The notes beneath the pieces are model-generated. The model had not been told where the DNA came from. It saw only the letters and a list, made by a program, of their open reading frames with translations, and made no database searches. A DNA stretch of 60,613 nt, filler included, from Perkinsus olseni (Eukaryota): the NCBI GenBank assembly GCA_013115125.1. It is 12 parts of 12 records of this genome, joined end to end, with 100 filler letters (N's around TTAATTAATTAA, not from the genome) between each part and the next. Parts side by side here need not be neighbours in the genome. Positions count along the whole stretch, not along the records: positions 35,685 to 40,599 come from JABANN010001231.1; positions 40,700 to 45,610 come from JABANN010001232.1; positions 45,711 to 50,618 come from JABANN010001233.1; 9 more parts are not named here. One strand, given 5' to 3'. Of this stretch, positions 35,755 through 49,100 are shown in pieces. A program made the translations under genes and the position numbers. How positions within the stretch are numbered: position 1 is the first letter of the stretch; the number at the start of each line of letters is the position of its first letter.

Positions 35755-38047
35755 GGCGGCATTATTACATTTCGAGAGATGGTATGAGTAGTGGTAGCTT
35801 AGTGTTCATATCAGTGTCCAAATTATTATTACTACTACCAGTACCATCGCCATTGACTTGTAGTAATGGTGGAATGAGCGCTGGAGATTCTCTGTTAACT
35901 CTACCACCACTACCACCCCGACCACCACCATCACTGCTACTGTGAGCAGCAGCAGCAGCAGCAGCAGCAGGAGGACCATCACTGATAATGAACTGTGGTG
36001 CTATCAAAGTTAGGGATCGTTTTTGTGGTGGTGGGGGTATGTCATGTGAGGCGGCGGCAGTATTGTTATTATTATCAACGGTAATTGTTGTGGCATTACC
36101 TGGTATTCAGAAATCGAATATGGTCCTCATACAGCGCTCCAGCATCATCATTCTAATAATCCTAGGCCACCGCTGATTAATACAATTATTATTACAATTG
36201 TTGGAATATGTCCTATTATTGGAGGGCATTAGATGGGCATATGCTTGGACAACAGTGGGGAGGGTATCCTGAGTATGATAACAATAATGATCAGAATTAT
36301 CAACTAGTACTACTACTACTACTGATGATGATGCAACTATTTTACAATAGTATCGACAATCCAACAGTTCTATTACTTACCACTATATTACTACTACCAT
36401 ACTCTTGATGATGATGAATAGGAGGTCGGGTTGTTGTGGTGATGTCGTCTGTATGAATAACGATGCGGACCTACGCCGTCGTCAAGAGTACTACTACCAT
36501 GATGGTGATGATGATGGCCTTGTAAACACGATTTAACAGTCTCAGATAATATACTAGTATTGGGTATGCTGCTACTATCCATAAGGGAGTGTAATGATGA
36601 TGCTGTGGCCTCATGATGATTGACCGTGAGAGTATCATTCTCCTTGCTTCTCATCATCAACCCACTAACTGTATCAGTATGATGATGATGATTATCCAAA
36701 GAAATGGTAGAACGAGGATGGTAGGTACTCTCGACCTGACGAGCATGATGACTGTAATAATGATACACATGATGAAGACTCAGGTGAAGTATGATACTTA
36801 ATATTACCCCCTCAATAAGGTATCTTATGATATTATCCTGAACAATGGACGACCATAATGATGATCATGATGATCATGATGATGATCATGATGATGATGA
36901 TTACCGCTAATATATGATTATCCTCTCTATGAATATATTCATCAGTAAACAACATATAACTGCCCAATACGCAAACCTTACCCCCACCACCAGCAGACGA
37001 CGACGACGATGTAGTAAGACATAATGGTCTGGGATGACTGATAATGACCGCGAATAACTGTGATCGTATTACCTATACATGGGGTATGACAATGGGCCCG
37101 AATGAAATAGTATTCTACTGGTAGTAGTACTGGGAGAGGTTGTCCTCTGAGCAGTAGTACTGGATACAAGCATACTCCAGGATACTCACCTTATTCCTGA
37201 GGGGTGCAGTACTGTATGATAAAGCCGATAAAGTAGCACCGAATGGGTATATGATACATAATGATGATGTAAGGGGATCATCAGACCTCCTCCTAGTCAC
37301 CACACTCTTATTACCACTACTACCGATATTACCAGATACTGTTATAATAACCTGATTACCATTGATGCTACTAAAACGGGCTATTCTTTTCTCCTTGTTA
37401 CCTCCTTAGGATGATGATACTTTGGATGATGTACTGACCTTATTAACGAATCATTATTAATATTAATATTGTATTGGTCCTGTAATATAGTATTTATACT
37501 ACCATTGCTGTCACCACCCTCATTAGATAATATTAATAATGATCCACCATCAATACTAATATACCTGTTACGCTAATGCATAGATGATGCCGTTACATAC
37601 CTCCTGAGACTCACTACTTTGCCACGGCATCTTTCTCTTGTGAATTGAAGTCACATTGTGGATTTGGTAATATTACCAGATTACATCCTTGAAGGGTATC
37701 ATATCTAATAAGGGTTGTTGATCATCATCATCATGAACGTTGTTGATTAAGGCAATACTACGTAATAATACTGTTATTAGTGTGATGGACACGCCACCCG
37801 TTCCTAAGCATCATATCCTTCAACTTATGCATCCTCTTCAATAATGTTGACCCATCCTTATTCTTACCAACCAGCAGTTTGATAACGACATCACCATCAC
37901 AACCAGACATCATGCTACCAACAACGCGGCATGGTCCCCACTGGTACGGGCAGCGTACGTAGCGAGATAGCGCTCGCCACATTAATCGATTATTATTACT
38001 ATCTTCGCGTTGTCATCGTCCTACTGTGTTACTGAAGTACATCAGGA

Positions 38048-40379
38048 ATGGTGGTATTGGTTGGTGATGGTAAGGTAAGGTATGATGATATGATTATGGA
38101 CAGCAGTAATGATGGAGCATGTCAAGGTCGCAGCGGCATTATTCATCATAATGGACGCTATGTATCAACACCAACTTACACCATACCTACTAGTAGAGCA
38201 GCCCCCATACGACTTACTTTTGATGATATTCATAAACTATTAGGAGATGATAGTAATGAAGGAAGGATAGTATCATAGTAAGTAGCAGTATGATGATAGT
38301 ATTCATCATCATGATGATGGCAGTTATATTGGTGACTTGCTGTGTTTATTACCTACCTTGGAAGCATACGTGGATGATAATAGTATATTGGGTGGCAGGT
38401 CATTGCTAAAGGTAATATCCTGTAGTGTCGACTGATAATGATAGTGGTAGTAGTAGGTACCCTCAGATTACATGTTGATGGTATCGATGCAGCGTCATTA
38501 TTCCAGCATCATCAAACCATTATCATCATCAACTCATACTGGGGATAAAAATAAAGGGTTAATAATTGAAACAGGATCGGGTCGTCAGAGGGTACACCCG
38601 AGTACGTACGCTAAAATAGTTAATGCTATACAGGATGTTGATTTAATGGTTATGTTATCTGAAGATGTAATAAGTTGTATAACTTGGAGTATGTACCTGC
38701 TTTTGTTATCAGTTACCAGTCTTATCGATGAAGCAGTATGAGCATGATAGTAGTGGTAAGGAGGTGGAGGTAGTTGGTAAGAGGAGATTAGCGAGAACTA
38801 AAGAGTGTCATGATGAATGGAAGCAAAAGTAAGCATGATAGATGACTGTAGAGGCACATTAATGGTGGTAGTCAACAATAAAGGTTCATACATGGTGTAT
38901 CATCGAATGATAATATCACTAGTTCGGGTATACTTGATAATTGTCAAGGATGGAAGGTAATAGCAACAACAACAGCAGGAGTAGTAGTAGAAGGGGCGGT
39001 ATTTATAACATTAGGATGTAGCGTATCGTAGTAAGTATTGTCATGCTGGTCATGCTGCTGGTCATGGAGGATGCCAGTGTCCACATCACCAATGGATTGG
39101 TGGCTTATCATCAACAACTATGATGCCTTACCAAAGGCGTCACCTTATTCATGCTACTACACACGACACCAACAACAACAATGATACTGGTGATACTACT
39201 AGTAGCATAGCGATACGATGTAATACTAAGAACAACAACAACAAGAAGGCGGCAAGGACTACCACTACCACACTTTGTGCTATTATTATTCAGGTATGCC
39301 ATTACAGCTGAGAAGAGCCCTTATTACTGATGAGTCGTTATACAGTCATGGCAACACTTATCATAGTATCAGCGCAATGAGGGAGTTTATCACTTGTAAA
39401 TCATGTTATCAAGCCCACATGAATATAGCTGATAAGGAGGCACATGAGGCGGATACTCAAGGAGCCGCCTGCCCAGCAACAGCAGCAGCAGTAGATGAAG
39501 GTAGTAGTAGTGGTAGAAGCGTGCATCATCAACATCAGCGGATTGGGTCTTATCTTGAGGTAACAAAGAAGGTTCGTCGTCGTCATCATCACTATCATTA
39601 CCTAAGTATTGTTATTGTTGTTCCTTACATGAGATATTACATGCTATCTATTGTGGTATCGATGTTATAGACACATCATTTATATTCGATATGGCAGATG
39701 AAGGGCTTATGTTGAATTGGACGATAATAGGTAGTATTCAAAGTGTCACTCATACTACAATCTGCCTAAGGACTAAATAATGAAGCTCACAATGAATCAC
39801 TGAATGAGATATATTATCCTATAACATCAGATCCGACATCTACCACCATTGATGAGGAGAACACTCCGTCATCATCATCAGCGTCAACACTGATCGTGCA
39901 AGAGCAGCAGCAGCAGTGGAGAGAACTGAAAGCATCATGGTAATAGTATTGTTAGATACTGGAGATGATGTGATCTACTATTATTTTCAGTATACTACGA
40001 GTACGATACGATACCTCTATGACTGAGGACGATTATGGACAACCAATAGCATCACATCAACAACAACAACAACATGATCATTATACGTTATCATATGTAA
40101 TAGTAATTGGAGAGGGATCATTATTGTCTATTATATCCTTATCTCTGTCCTTATCTCTGTCCTTATCATCATTATCAGGTGCATCATCTTTATACCTGTG
40201 GTGAGCTATTAGGGCCTCAGTTAGTGTGCCGTAATAATATCATTATGCTTGATACATTATTCAAAGCAGCAAGAGTGGCTATTCAATCGCACAAGTATGT
40301 GCCATGGGCTAATCAAATGTTATCTACCAACACAATCACGCCATCAACACCATCATCATATCATCTACTATCACCATGA
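38048..40379 (+). CDS. QTRT2: Multi-exon queuine tRNA-ribosyltransferase accessory subunit (QTRT2/QTRTD1)-like gene in an AT-rich low-complexity scaffold
   Basis: N-terminus GRSGII....VSTPTYTIPTSRAAPIRLTFD; middle SGRQRVHPSTY....IQDVDLMVMLSED and IGGL; C-terminus HYTLSY|intron 40097-40178|VHHLYTCGELLGPQLVCRNN...LFKAARVAI, matching the TGT 'Y...Y.HHL....ELL...L...HN....F...R.AI' motif. Internal exon bounds are not resolved. Confidence 0.65.
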
Positions 40380-40529
40380 TCATCACGATTATAATGATGA
40401 TTATAATGATGATCGTGCTGCTCACTCATTATCCCCATCCCAACAACCTTACTACTACTACCACTACTAGCTTGTTGTTGTTGTTGTTGTATTCAGTTCC
40501 TGGTATGGTAGTATTCAGTAGTCCTTGTC

Positions 40530-40599
<70 letters not shown>
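40530..40599 (+). repeat. (TTG)n microsatellite at scaffold end
   Basis: Pure TTG run. Confidence 0.95.
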
Positions 40600-40699
40600 N
40601 NNNNNNNNNNNNNNNNNNNNNNNNNNNNNNNNNNNNNNNNNNNTTAATTAATTAANNNNNNNNNNNNNNNNNNNNNNNNNNNNNNNNNNNNNNNNNNNN

Positions 40700-42218
40700 G
40701 AGACATAGTCAAGCCACCGGCCTTCTGCGAACCGTAAGCAAAGTATGCCTGGACGAAGAGGTCAGTGTTATCGCCAATGATCTTAGTAGCGTTCTTGTTA
40801 GCACCAACGGTACCATCAGAACCATAACCGTAGATGAGACACTCAACCGTCTTGGGATGAGACACGTTCAACTCCTCATTAAGAGGAAGAGACCTGTTGG
40901 TGACATCATCATCAATACCGACAGTGAAGTGATCCTTCGGGTACTGAGAGTAGAGGTTATCAGCAACGGCGGCAACACACCTAGGAGTGAAATCCTTCTG
41001 TCCGAGACCCCAGCGGCCACCAATAACCTTGATGTTAGTGCGGTCAGACTCCTGAATGGTGCTGGCAACATCCAAATAAAGAGGCTCGCCCAAGGAACCA
41101 GGCTCCTTAGTCCTATCCAAGACAGCAATGCGCTTGACAGTCTTAGGTAAGGACTTGAGGAAGTCCTCGGAAGACCAGGGACGATAGAGACGCGGCTTCA
41201 GTACACCGACCTTCTTGCCCTGGGCGTTGATGTAAGGCAAGGCCTCCTCAACAACACTCGCGCCAGAACCGAGAACAACAATAGCAGCCTCGGCATCCTT
41301 CGGGCCGGTCCATTGGAAGAGATCATAGTGACGACCAGTAACTGCACCAACACGGTCCATCTCCTCCTGCACGATCTTAGGTGTCTTATCGTAGAAAGCG
41401 TTAGAAGCCTCGAACTGCTGGAAGTAGACATCGGGGTTCTCATTGGTACCACGCACATAAGGGCGATTGGGGTTGAGGGCTCTTGCGCGATGGGCGTTCA
41501 ATGCCTTCATATCGACCATCCTCCTCATCTGGTTATAAGGTAAAGTATCGACCTTCTCAATGTTATGAGACAGACGGAAACCATCGAAGAAACTAACGAA
41601 AGGAACTCTAGCTCTGAGAGTAGCCAAGTGAGATATGAGGGCCATATCATGACACTCCTGGACAGTATTGGCGTCAATCATAGCGAAACCGGTCTGACGA
41701 ACAGCCATGACATCCTGATGATCACCAAAAATGGATAAGGCTTGACCAGCAAGAGCACGTGCAGCAACATGCATAACGCAGGGGAGAAGCTCTCCAGCGA
41801 TCTTATACATGTTAGGGACCATAAGGAGGAGACCTTGACTGGCAGTGTAGGTAGTCGCCAAGGAACCAGCAGCCAGAGCGCCATGAAGGGCACCGGAGGC
41901 ACCAGCTTCGGACTGCATCTGGGTGATCTTCGGAACATCACCGAAGGCGTTCTTGACACCGAGTGCTGACCACTGCTCAGCGAGCTCAGCAGCAGGGGAC
42001 GAAGGAGTAATGGGGTAGATAAAGGCGGTATCCATCATAGCATAAGACGAATGGCATACAGCAGTGCAGCCATCCATAGTCTGCCACTCACCACCACTGG
42101 GGGAAGCTTTACCAGCGAAATGCCGGGAAGAAGCAGCCATGGCGTTCCGAGATGCTCCGAGAGCACCTTTGGTGACGACACTCAAGCACGGAGTAGTGTG
42201 GTTTAATGTCGATAGCAT
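40700..42218 (-). CDS. PNO: Pyruvate:NADP+ oxidoreductase / PFOR N-terminal part (downstream tandem copy, truncated by scaffold end)
   Basis: Ser/Arg/Ala-rich presequence-like N-terminus, YPITPSS, QMQSEAGASGALHG, TASQGLLLM, FDGFRLSH, GYGSDGTVGANK. Intronless. Confidence 0.93.
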
Positions 42219-42275
42219 TTAACAAAAAAATCAAAAAAAGCAGAAAAATCAGGGGCTGAAAAGGATGATTTCATT
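42219..42275 (-). promoter_or_regulatory. Candidate splice or trans-splice acceptor and U-rich 5' UTR of PNO
   Basis: Minus strand TCATCCTTTTCAG|CCCCTGATTTTTCTGCTTTTTTTGATTTTTTTGTTAA-ATG; the AG lies at 42256-42257. Confidence 0.4.
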
Positions 42276-43151
42276 CGCTTAGTAGCTCACCAAGTTGAAC
42301 TGTACATGAAACCATTGGAGACACGATGGATTGTCTAGCCACTAGCGCAGCCTATCTGAGAATCCTGCGCTGAACTCCACAGCGCGGGCATTAGCTATAG
42401 CTGTCAATCTCCACGAATGCACTTCTTTGTCTTATCTTCATAGTTCGCGAACAAGGACTGACTAGCTCGGGGACGTCTAGGATCTCGGCACTATATTGTT
42501 TGAGGAAATAAATGGAGTACGACTTGTACTGTGCGAGCCGGGGGGCTTCCAACGCGGCGGTGGGGAGATCAGCCTCCAGTCCTTCGTGAGTCGCAGAGAA
42601 TTCTGCTACAATACGAACAACATCAATGCTTGCTCGGGATGCCGCTATAGGAGTTACATCAACGCTCGCTCGCGATACATGGAAAACATCGATGTTCTGT
42701 TGTATTGGCACCAACACCTGCTTTGAGTGGTGAAACACAGCGGACCAGTAATGAGGGCGCTCATGATTGATGTGTGCTAGTTACACTTATGTACCGGGGG
42801 AGAGAAAGAAGGCCAGCTTCCCCATAAACCTCCATAAGGATGACCAGGTCCGAACGGTTTAACTAAAACATACTGAATGACCCGTCAAACTCATTCCCCG
42901 ACCATTGAGACGGTCTGACCGTCACGGTCAACGGCGAACACAAAACCAACTCGTAATAACATCGAGAATTGCCTTATTTGGTGCTTGCAAGGGCAGAAGT
43001 CTATGAATATAAACTTATGGAAAGAGCCCAAGCAGTACAACAGGGCTCTACGCGTAGGATTGTGCACGATAATGCGTAAGTATAATATATACTGAACAAC
43101 AGGAAAGATAGTAGTCAATAATAGACAACTACATAACTAGAAAAGGTGCAT

Positions 43152-45610
43152 TTAGTACACCTCGGGGCAATAACGGTCGTTGTCAGCAAGGTCTTCGAAG
43201 ATCGCCTTGGCCTTCTCCATGGAGACATTCTCGCCCTTGGCGATGGCACGGTAGACGGCACTTCTGATGTCGTTCTCAACCTGTCCAGCCTGTCCGCAAA
43301 GATAGAAGTAACCACCCTTCTTGATGAGATCCTCATAGACACGAGCGCTGTTCTCATCAATCTTGTTCTGGACATAAACCTTCTCCTTCTGGTCACGAGA
43401 GAATGCGGGATGGAGCTCAGTAATGGCACCCTCCTTGACGAAGCCCTCGAGTTCGTTACCGAAGATGTAATCCTTATTCTGATGACGGCAACCGTAGAAG
43501 AGCCACATGGGACCAGTCTGGATGCCCTGACGCTTCATCCAAGCGCGCTCCTGAGAGAATGCACGGAAGGGAGCAAGTCCAGTACCAAGACCAGCCATGA
43601 TCATGGGCGTCATCGGGCTCTCGGGGAACTTGAAGCTGCCAGAAGTAACAGTAGCGGTGGTCTTGTGACCGGGGGCGATACGCTGGATGTAATCGGTAGC
43701 GGTACCGGTCCTCCTCACACCAGAGGGAGTAGTCCAGTTGACAATTACAACAGCAAGCTCAATGGCCTTGGGACCAACGAACCTGGGGGAACTGGCAATG
43801 GAGTAGAGCCTAGGCTTAGTGCAAGGGATAAGAGTGATCAACTGATCAAGAGAAGGACGAGCACTGGTGTACTTGTTGAGCACATCAGCGAAGGTCACAG
43901 TCTCAGTAGCGAGCTTGGTGTAGAGATCACGACCCTTAGTATCATCGGGGTTACCGATCATAGCGAGCTCGGCCTTTTCCTTGGGGTCCTCAGCGAACTT
44001 AGACAGAGACTTGTAGAAAGCCCTGTTGGGACGACCAAAGATATCCAAAGATTCCTCGAAGAGCTGGGAGATGGTGCGGGGACGGAGAGCAGCAGCGCGC
44101 TTGCGGGCATCGATGTTCTCAGACACAGGAGTAATCTTGATCATCTCCTTCGGGTTGAGACCATAGGATTGAAGGAAGGCACCAACTCTGCCAGCCTCGT
44201 TCATGGGGTGGATGTTGAGGACATCACCAAGAAGATAGGGGAGATCCTGACCATCGTCCAATTCAAAGCGCAAATGACGAATATCCCTCTCGTAGTCGCT
44301 GGGAGTGAGACGATCGTTCTTCTTCAAACCGAGCTGAATAGTATGAGGAGGCATAATCCTCTCGTAAGGAGCAACCACGGCCTCGTCAGAGTCAAGCTCA
44401 CGGACCTCGAACTGAGAGTCGGGGATAGAACCATCATCAACAGGCTCAGGAGCATTCACGGACTTCCAGTAACTCGGCATCCAATCCTCGAAGGCAGTCT
44501 CATACTTGTCGTCATCCTGATCATTACCGAGACCGACAGAGACAGTCCTCTGACCACCCATCTCAGCGATGAGCTCGTCGATTCTCTTACCAGCAGTGCA
44601 GAAATGATGATAACTGGAATCACCCAAGGCGAAGACACCGAACTGGACACCGTCAAGCAAATGAGCATTGGAGCTGTCCTTAGCGGCGGATTGCAACTGT
44701 GAGGTGAAGTCAAGAGCAGTCCTGGGAGTTTCACCCTCGCCCGTAGTAGAGCAGAGGACCATGAGGTTCTTGTTGTCAGGAAGCTCACTGACGTCCATCT
44801 CATCACACTGCATCACCTTAACGGCGTAACCACGCTGACGAGCCAACTCGGCAACACGATAAGAGAGAGCCTCGGCAGTACCGGTCTCAGTACCGTACAA
44901 GAGAGTCAGCGGCACACCATCAGAGATGTTCTCCTGACCCATAGCAGCCCACCTCTGGTACTTGCTGTAACGCTCGTGGACCCAATCGGTAAGCTGAGAA
45001 GTGTACTTGTTGTAAAGGTCGGCATCACGCTTCTTCAAAGCACCGAAACGCATCTCGTTCTTGATGACGGCATCCATGCTCTGAGTGATCCTCTTCGTAT
45101 CGAGAACGAAGGGGTTCTTGCCCATCTTCTTCAACATCGGGTTGTAACGATACAACGGGAAGTAACCAGAAGCAGCAACAGTTGCCTGATGCTGCATGGT
45201 GTGGCTCATACCATCGAGATTCTTATGCTCAATGCAAGGAGCATAAGCGACGACAAGAGAGCAGCCATCGTAAGCTTCGGCCTCGGAGAAAGCCTTCAAG
45301 GTCTGCTGGTAGTTGGCGCCCATAGAGACACTGGCAACATAAACGGTACCGTAGTCGATAGCCATCTCAGCCAAATTCTTCTTCTCAACATCGTGACCCT
45401 TGGTAGCGAACTTGGCGACAGCACCGATGGGGGTGGACTTGGACTTCTGACCACCAGTGTTAGAGTAGGCCTCGGTATCCAAGACCAACACGTTAAGATC
45501 CTGACCGGACGCAATAACGTGATCGAGTCCACCGTAGCCGATATCATAACTCCAACCATCACCACCGATGATCCAGTTAGAGATCTTAGGAAGCAAGTCG
45601 GACGCATCGA
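43152..45610 (-). CDS. PNO: Pyruvate:NADP+ oxidoreductase C-terminal part (PFOR TPP domain fused to NADPH-cytochrome P450 reductase module)
   Basis: GGDGWSYDIG and DTEAYSNTGGQ (TPP); YGTETGTAE, STTGEGE, LGDSSY (FMN); PRLYSIASS, GLGTGLAPF, FSRD, YVQ, YLCG (FAD/NADPH). Frame open to the scaffold edge. Confidence 0.96.
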
Positions 45611-45887
45611 NNNNNNNNNNNNNNNNNNNNNNNNNNNNNNNNNNNNNNNNNNNNTTAATTAATTAANNNNNNNNNNNNNNNNNNNNNNNNNNNNNNNNNN
45701 NNNNNNNNNNACTGATCGTCGCTGTGGGCGGTATGCCAGCAGCGGTATAGTAAGCCAACATCTTTCACCGAACCAACTACCCACTGAAAAAAAGAGCTGT
45801 GGGGACCGTCGGCTAGTGACAGGCTGTCACTGACAGCTAAGCGGAAAGGAAAATCAACTCGATTGGTGACCTTTTCGAGTCCTGGAG

Positions 45888-46100
45888 ATGATGCCTGTGG
45901 TGGCATACCGGGGCGAGACTTGTGAGACGGTGGTAAACAGAGTCTCCCGGACGTGTGTTGTAATGTACGCCTGAGGAAGGCTTCTTGGAAGTATGCCAGA
46001 TTGCACTGCATGTCAGCACTATACTGAGTCCTCAACTGCGCATATCGGCAAGAGTCTAACTAAGCCGAGACCGGCGTTGGACTATAAACTCCCACACACC
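45888..46100 (+). repeat. Dispersed repeat copy, homologous to 18765-19020, ending GGACTATAAACTCCCACACAC
   Basis: Direct sequence similarity to the scaffold-4 copy. Confidence 0.75.
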
Positions 46101-49100
46101 TGTTTGGAGCACAAGCAACCCTATGATCGTCGATCAGTGATTCGACTCGATTCTGATGTCGATTCGATCAGCGATCGAATTATATTTAGTAACTCTGGCA
46201 TGGGTCTCCTTCTCTGAACCAGTCAACAGATGTTGTCGGTGGCTACTCAAAGCCTCGCCGCATAGACGCGAGCCTCACCCCAAATAGTTGGGAACCGTCC
46301 CATCGAACTGGCGCAGGGGATGGGCCAGGAATGCCCTCTGCAAAGGCCCTCTTCAAGAGGGAAGTGGAGAAAGTGGGGAAGGGGTTGAACCGCATGTGCA
46401 GTCCCGCGTATCGTACAAACAGCAGTTGCTCTTTGCTTGTTGGTGTTCGGCCGATGAACTCAATGGGAGCCGCGATCCTGTTATCGCACGCCATTTCATT
46501 CAGAATCGCCAGGCCCTCTACATATGCGCAGTGTGATCGTATACAAGCGCAGCAGTACCCATTAGTCGGGTTGATTAAATCAACGTGATTTAGACTGGCT
46601 TCACATTTGCGCACCAGGTTGCCTCGTATTGAAATGTTCTTCGCGGGGGGCTCCAAAAGGATGTCCATATTCGCGACAAGGCGTGTCAAGTCGCTTAGTC
46701 TTTTGTCCAAGTGAGTGCTGATCTAGAACCCAGGTGCTCCAGATGAACTCCATCCGGTGGAGGCTAGGGTTCCCTCCCGTGCACCTGGTGCCTTTTTGAC
46801 CGCCAAGACTTAGTGTATCCCTTCAAGCCCTCTCATGCACAGCTCCATCCGACAGTTGTTCGTCAATTTAACAACGAGTACGGCGAAATGGCACCCAGCT
46901 GTTTTGATTACAATTTCACAACTTATAAAACACAAGCTTACTCTGCAGGTTAGAACTTCTACCAAAATTTCGTCGATACACTGGGGCATCAGGAACCTGA
47001 GCTCTGCCTTCGACGCAATTCCTTCCAGGCACTCTTCTACTGTAATGTAGAGTTTGCGAGGCTATGCACAACAACAACGGCAACAAAAAACATTCGCGTG
47101 GAGCCCGAATGTATGGGATTGCCACCTGGTCTACACAACCGGAATTGGCCCCGTACAAAAATCGCGCTGTGTTCCACATGTATGCGATATTTTCGACTTG
47201 AATTGAATTACACCTTGAAAATATCAAGGTGACCCAAAATGCAATCCACCGTTGGTGGACCACCAATGGTGGACCACCATCGAATTGGCGCACAACAGCA
47301 AAATTGCTGTTCAGAACAGGCTGTTCTGAGGGCCATAGCAATAATCTCCTTGGCAACTGCTCTATACCATTGTCACCGAAGACCACGAGAGGGCAACGAG
47401 ATCTCCGACCTGTTACTTAGAGCAACCAGATGATCTGTTCCAGATCCCGAGGATGCTTCCTCGCCTTCTCCCGCGGAATACAGCACGACGACCCAGTCGC
47501 TCCTGGAGGCATGTAGAGTGGTTGTAGGGCGACATCTGACATTACCGGAGAGCCCAGTCACCCCACGCAAGAAATCTATGGGCCCACCTAGACTCGACCC
47601 GGAACATCGCCAGGCTTTGCAGGCGGACGCCCGTCGCCCTATTGATGCCCCGCACGAGCAGAGCTGGATAAGGCAGGACCACGTGCACAGAGCCCATCTC
47701 ACCTCAAGTGACCATTAAATGGTCACCATTTGACTCAGCTGCTTCCGAACGGCCGATGCAGTAACGCCATGTAGCCTCTTTACGCCTGATCATCAAGGAA
47801 GGCGGACTATCCCCACTGGCCTACTGGCACTAGGCATTACGGGAAGAGAAAAGGTGGGAAGGAGGTTGGCACATACTTCACCATAGTTAATCGTGGAAAC
47901 GAAGATCGCTGAATGATCTAAGGGAGTTTATTGGCGGGTCGTACCAGTACCGGTGAGCGGCTAGAGGGATGTGGGGCGACGTGTGTGGCAGCCTGCCATT
48001 GACAGGTTCGGGCTCTACTTTGTACCGGAGAACCCTGCCACCCTCACACGACGCGTATAGACCAATGACGAGACACGTTCTAAACTGAAGGTGAGTAACT
48101 TAACGTCAGTAGCCGTAAGGCGCGCGAGAGTGACCATGCGCTGAGCGGTGGTGGGCTGACGTGCACGTGTAATACTCTTGTGTTAGCTGTGATGATACAG
48201 ATATCTAAGCTTAGCTCATTTATAGCCTACTACACTGTTCCATTACCACTTATCTTATCTTCTTTTATACTTGTTACCCAATATCCTTGGGTATTGAGTT
48301 CCCAATTACACACAGCAGCGCACGATTTTCGTCGGTCTATATCGGTCTTTCGCAGGCCCTTTGACTATGTATAAAGCTGAACGAGCATGTTCCTACCTGG
48401 TCTTGAGGTCGCCCGCCATTGGTGCTCCGTCGTCTGGGTAGTGTCGGAGTTCCGGCCAAGCCAGATGGTGTTTTCCAGGTCACTTAGCCAACACCATCCG
48501 CTCGGGCTGGTCACGACTGCGGCGGCGTGTTGTCGTGTCGGCTGTCGCTCGCCACGCAATGTATTGTGATATTGTCTACTGCTAGGCTTAAGTGATCTAT
48601 TATTCAACTGTGAATGATTGATTGAGATTGGATAATCAATTGAGATTAACCTCTCCTATATCTGGGTATTGTGTTCCCTGGATTACACGGCGCTAGCAGA
48701 CGTGGCCTCACTGAAGGTTTGCGAGCCCGAGTTCTTGTCGAGGCTAGCTGATTATGTTGAGACACGCTTGTTATGTTCGGGAGATGTGCTACGGGAGACT
48801 GCTGGAAATTGATGTTCCGAATGTGCCGTCGATTGAGAAGGTCCTTTACACATCGAGCAGTGCATAGTACCTTCAGCCACGTCTTCCTGCTCTGTACGCC
48901 GATTAACGTCGAGTGTCTCGCCAGTGTTACGCAACTTCACCACTACCCAAAAGGAGCTTCACATTTTGCAGGTCCTCGCTCGCGAAGGCCACAGCACTGA
49001 GTCAGCCACTGACACCAAGGAGGCTTCCATCTGGTTTCTGTGGCGAGGTGTCCTCAGCGTTGAAGTGACTATCGAATCCACTACGGCTTGTTTGCATGAG

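Noticed and set aside
35685-40599. (AAC)n and (TTG)n ends as terminal inverted repeats or telomeres of a linear element
   Set aside because: The scaffold contains ordinary intron-bearing genes and many internal trinucleotide runs. The assembly most likely broke at microsatellites.
43146-45662. Long antisense ORFs (518 aa, 228 aa) opposite PNO
   Set aside because: Shadow ORFs expected from strong codon bias in a highly expressed gene; no motifs.
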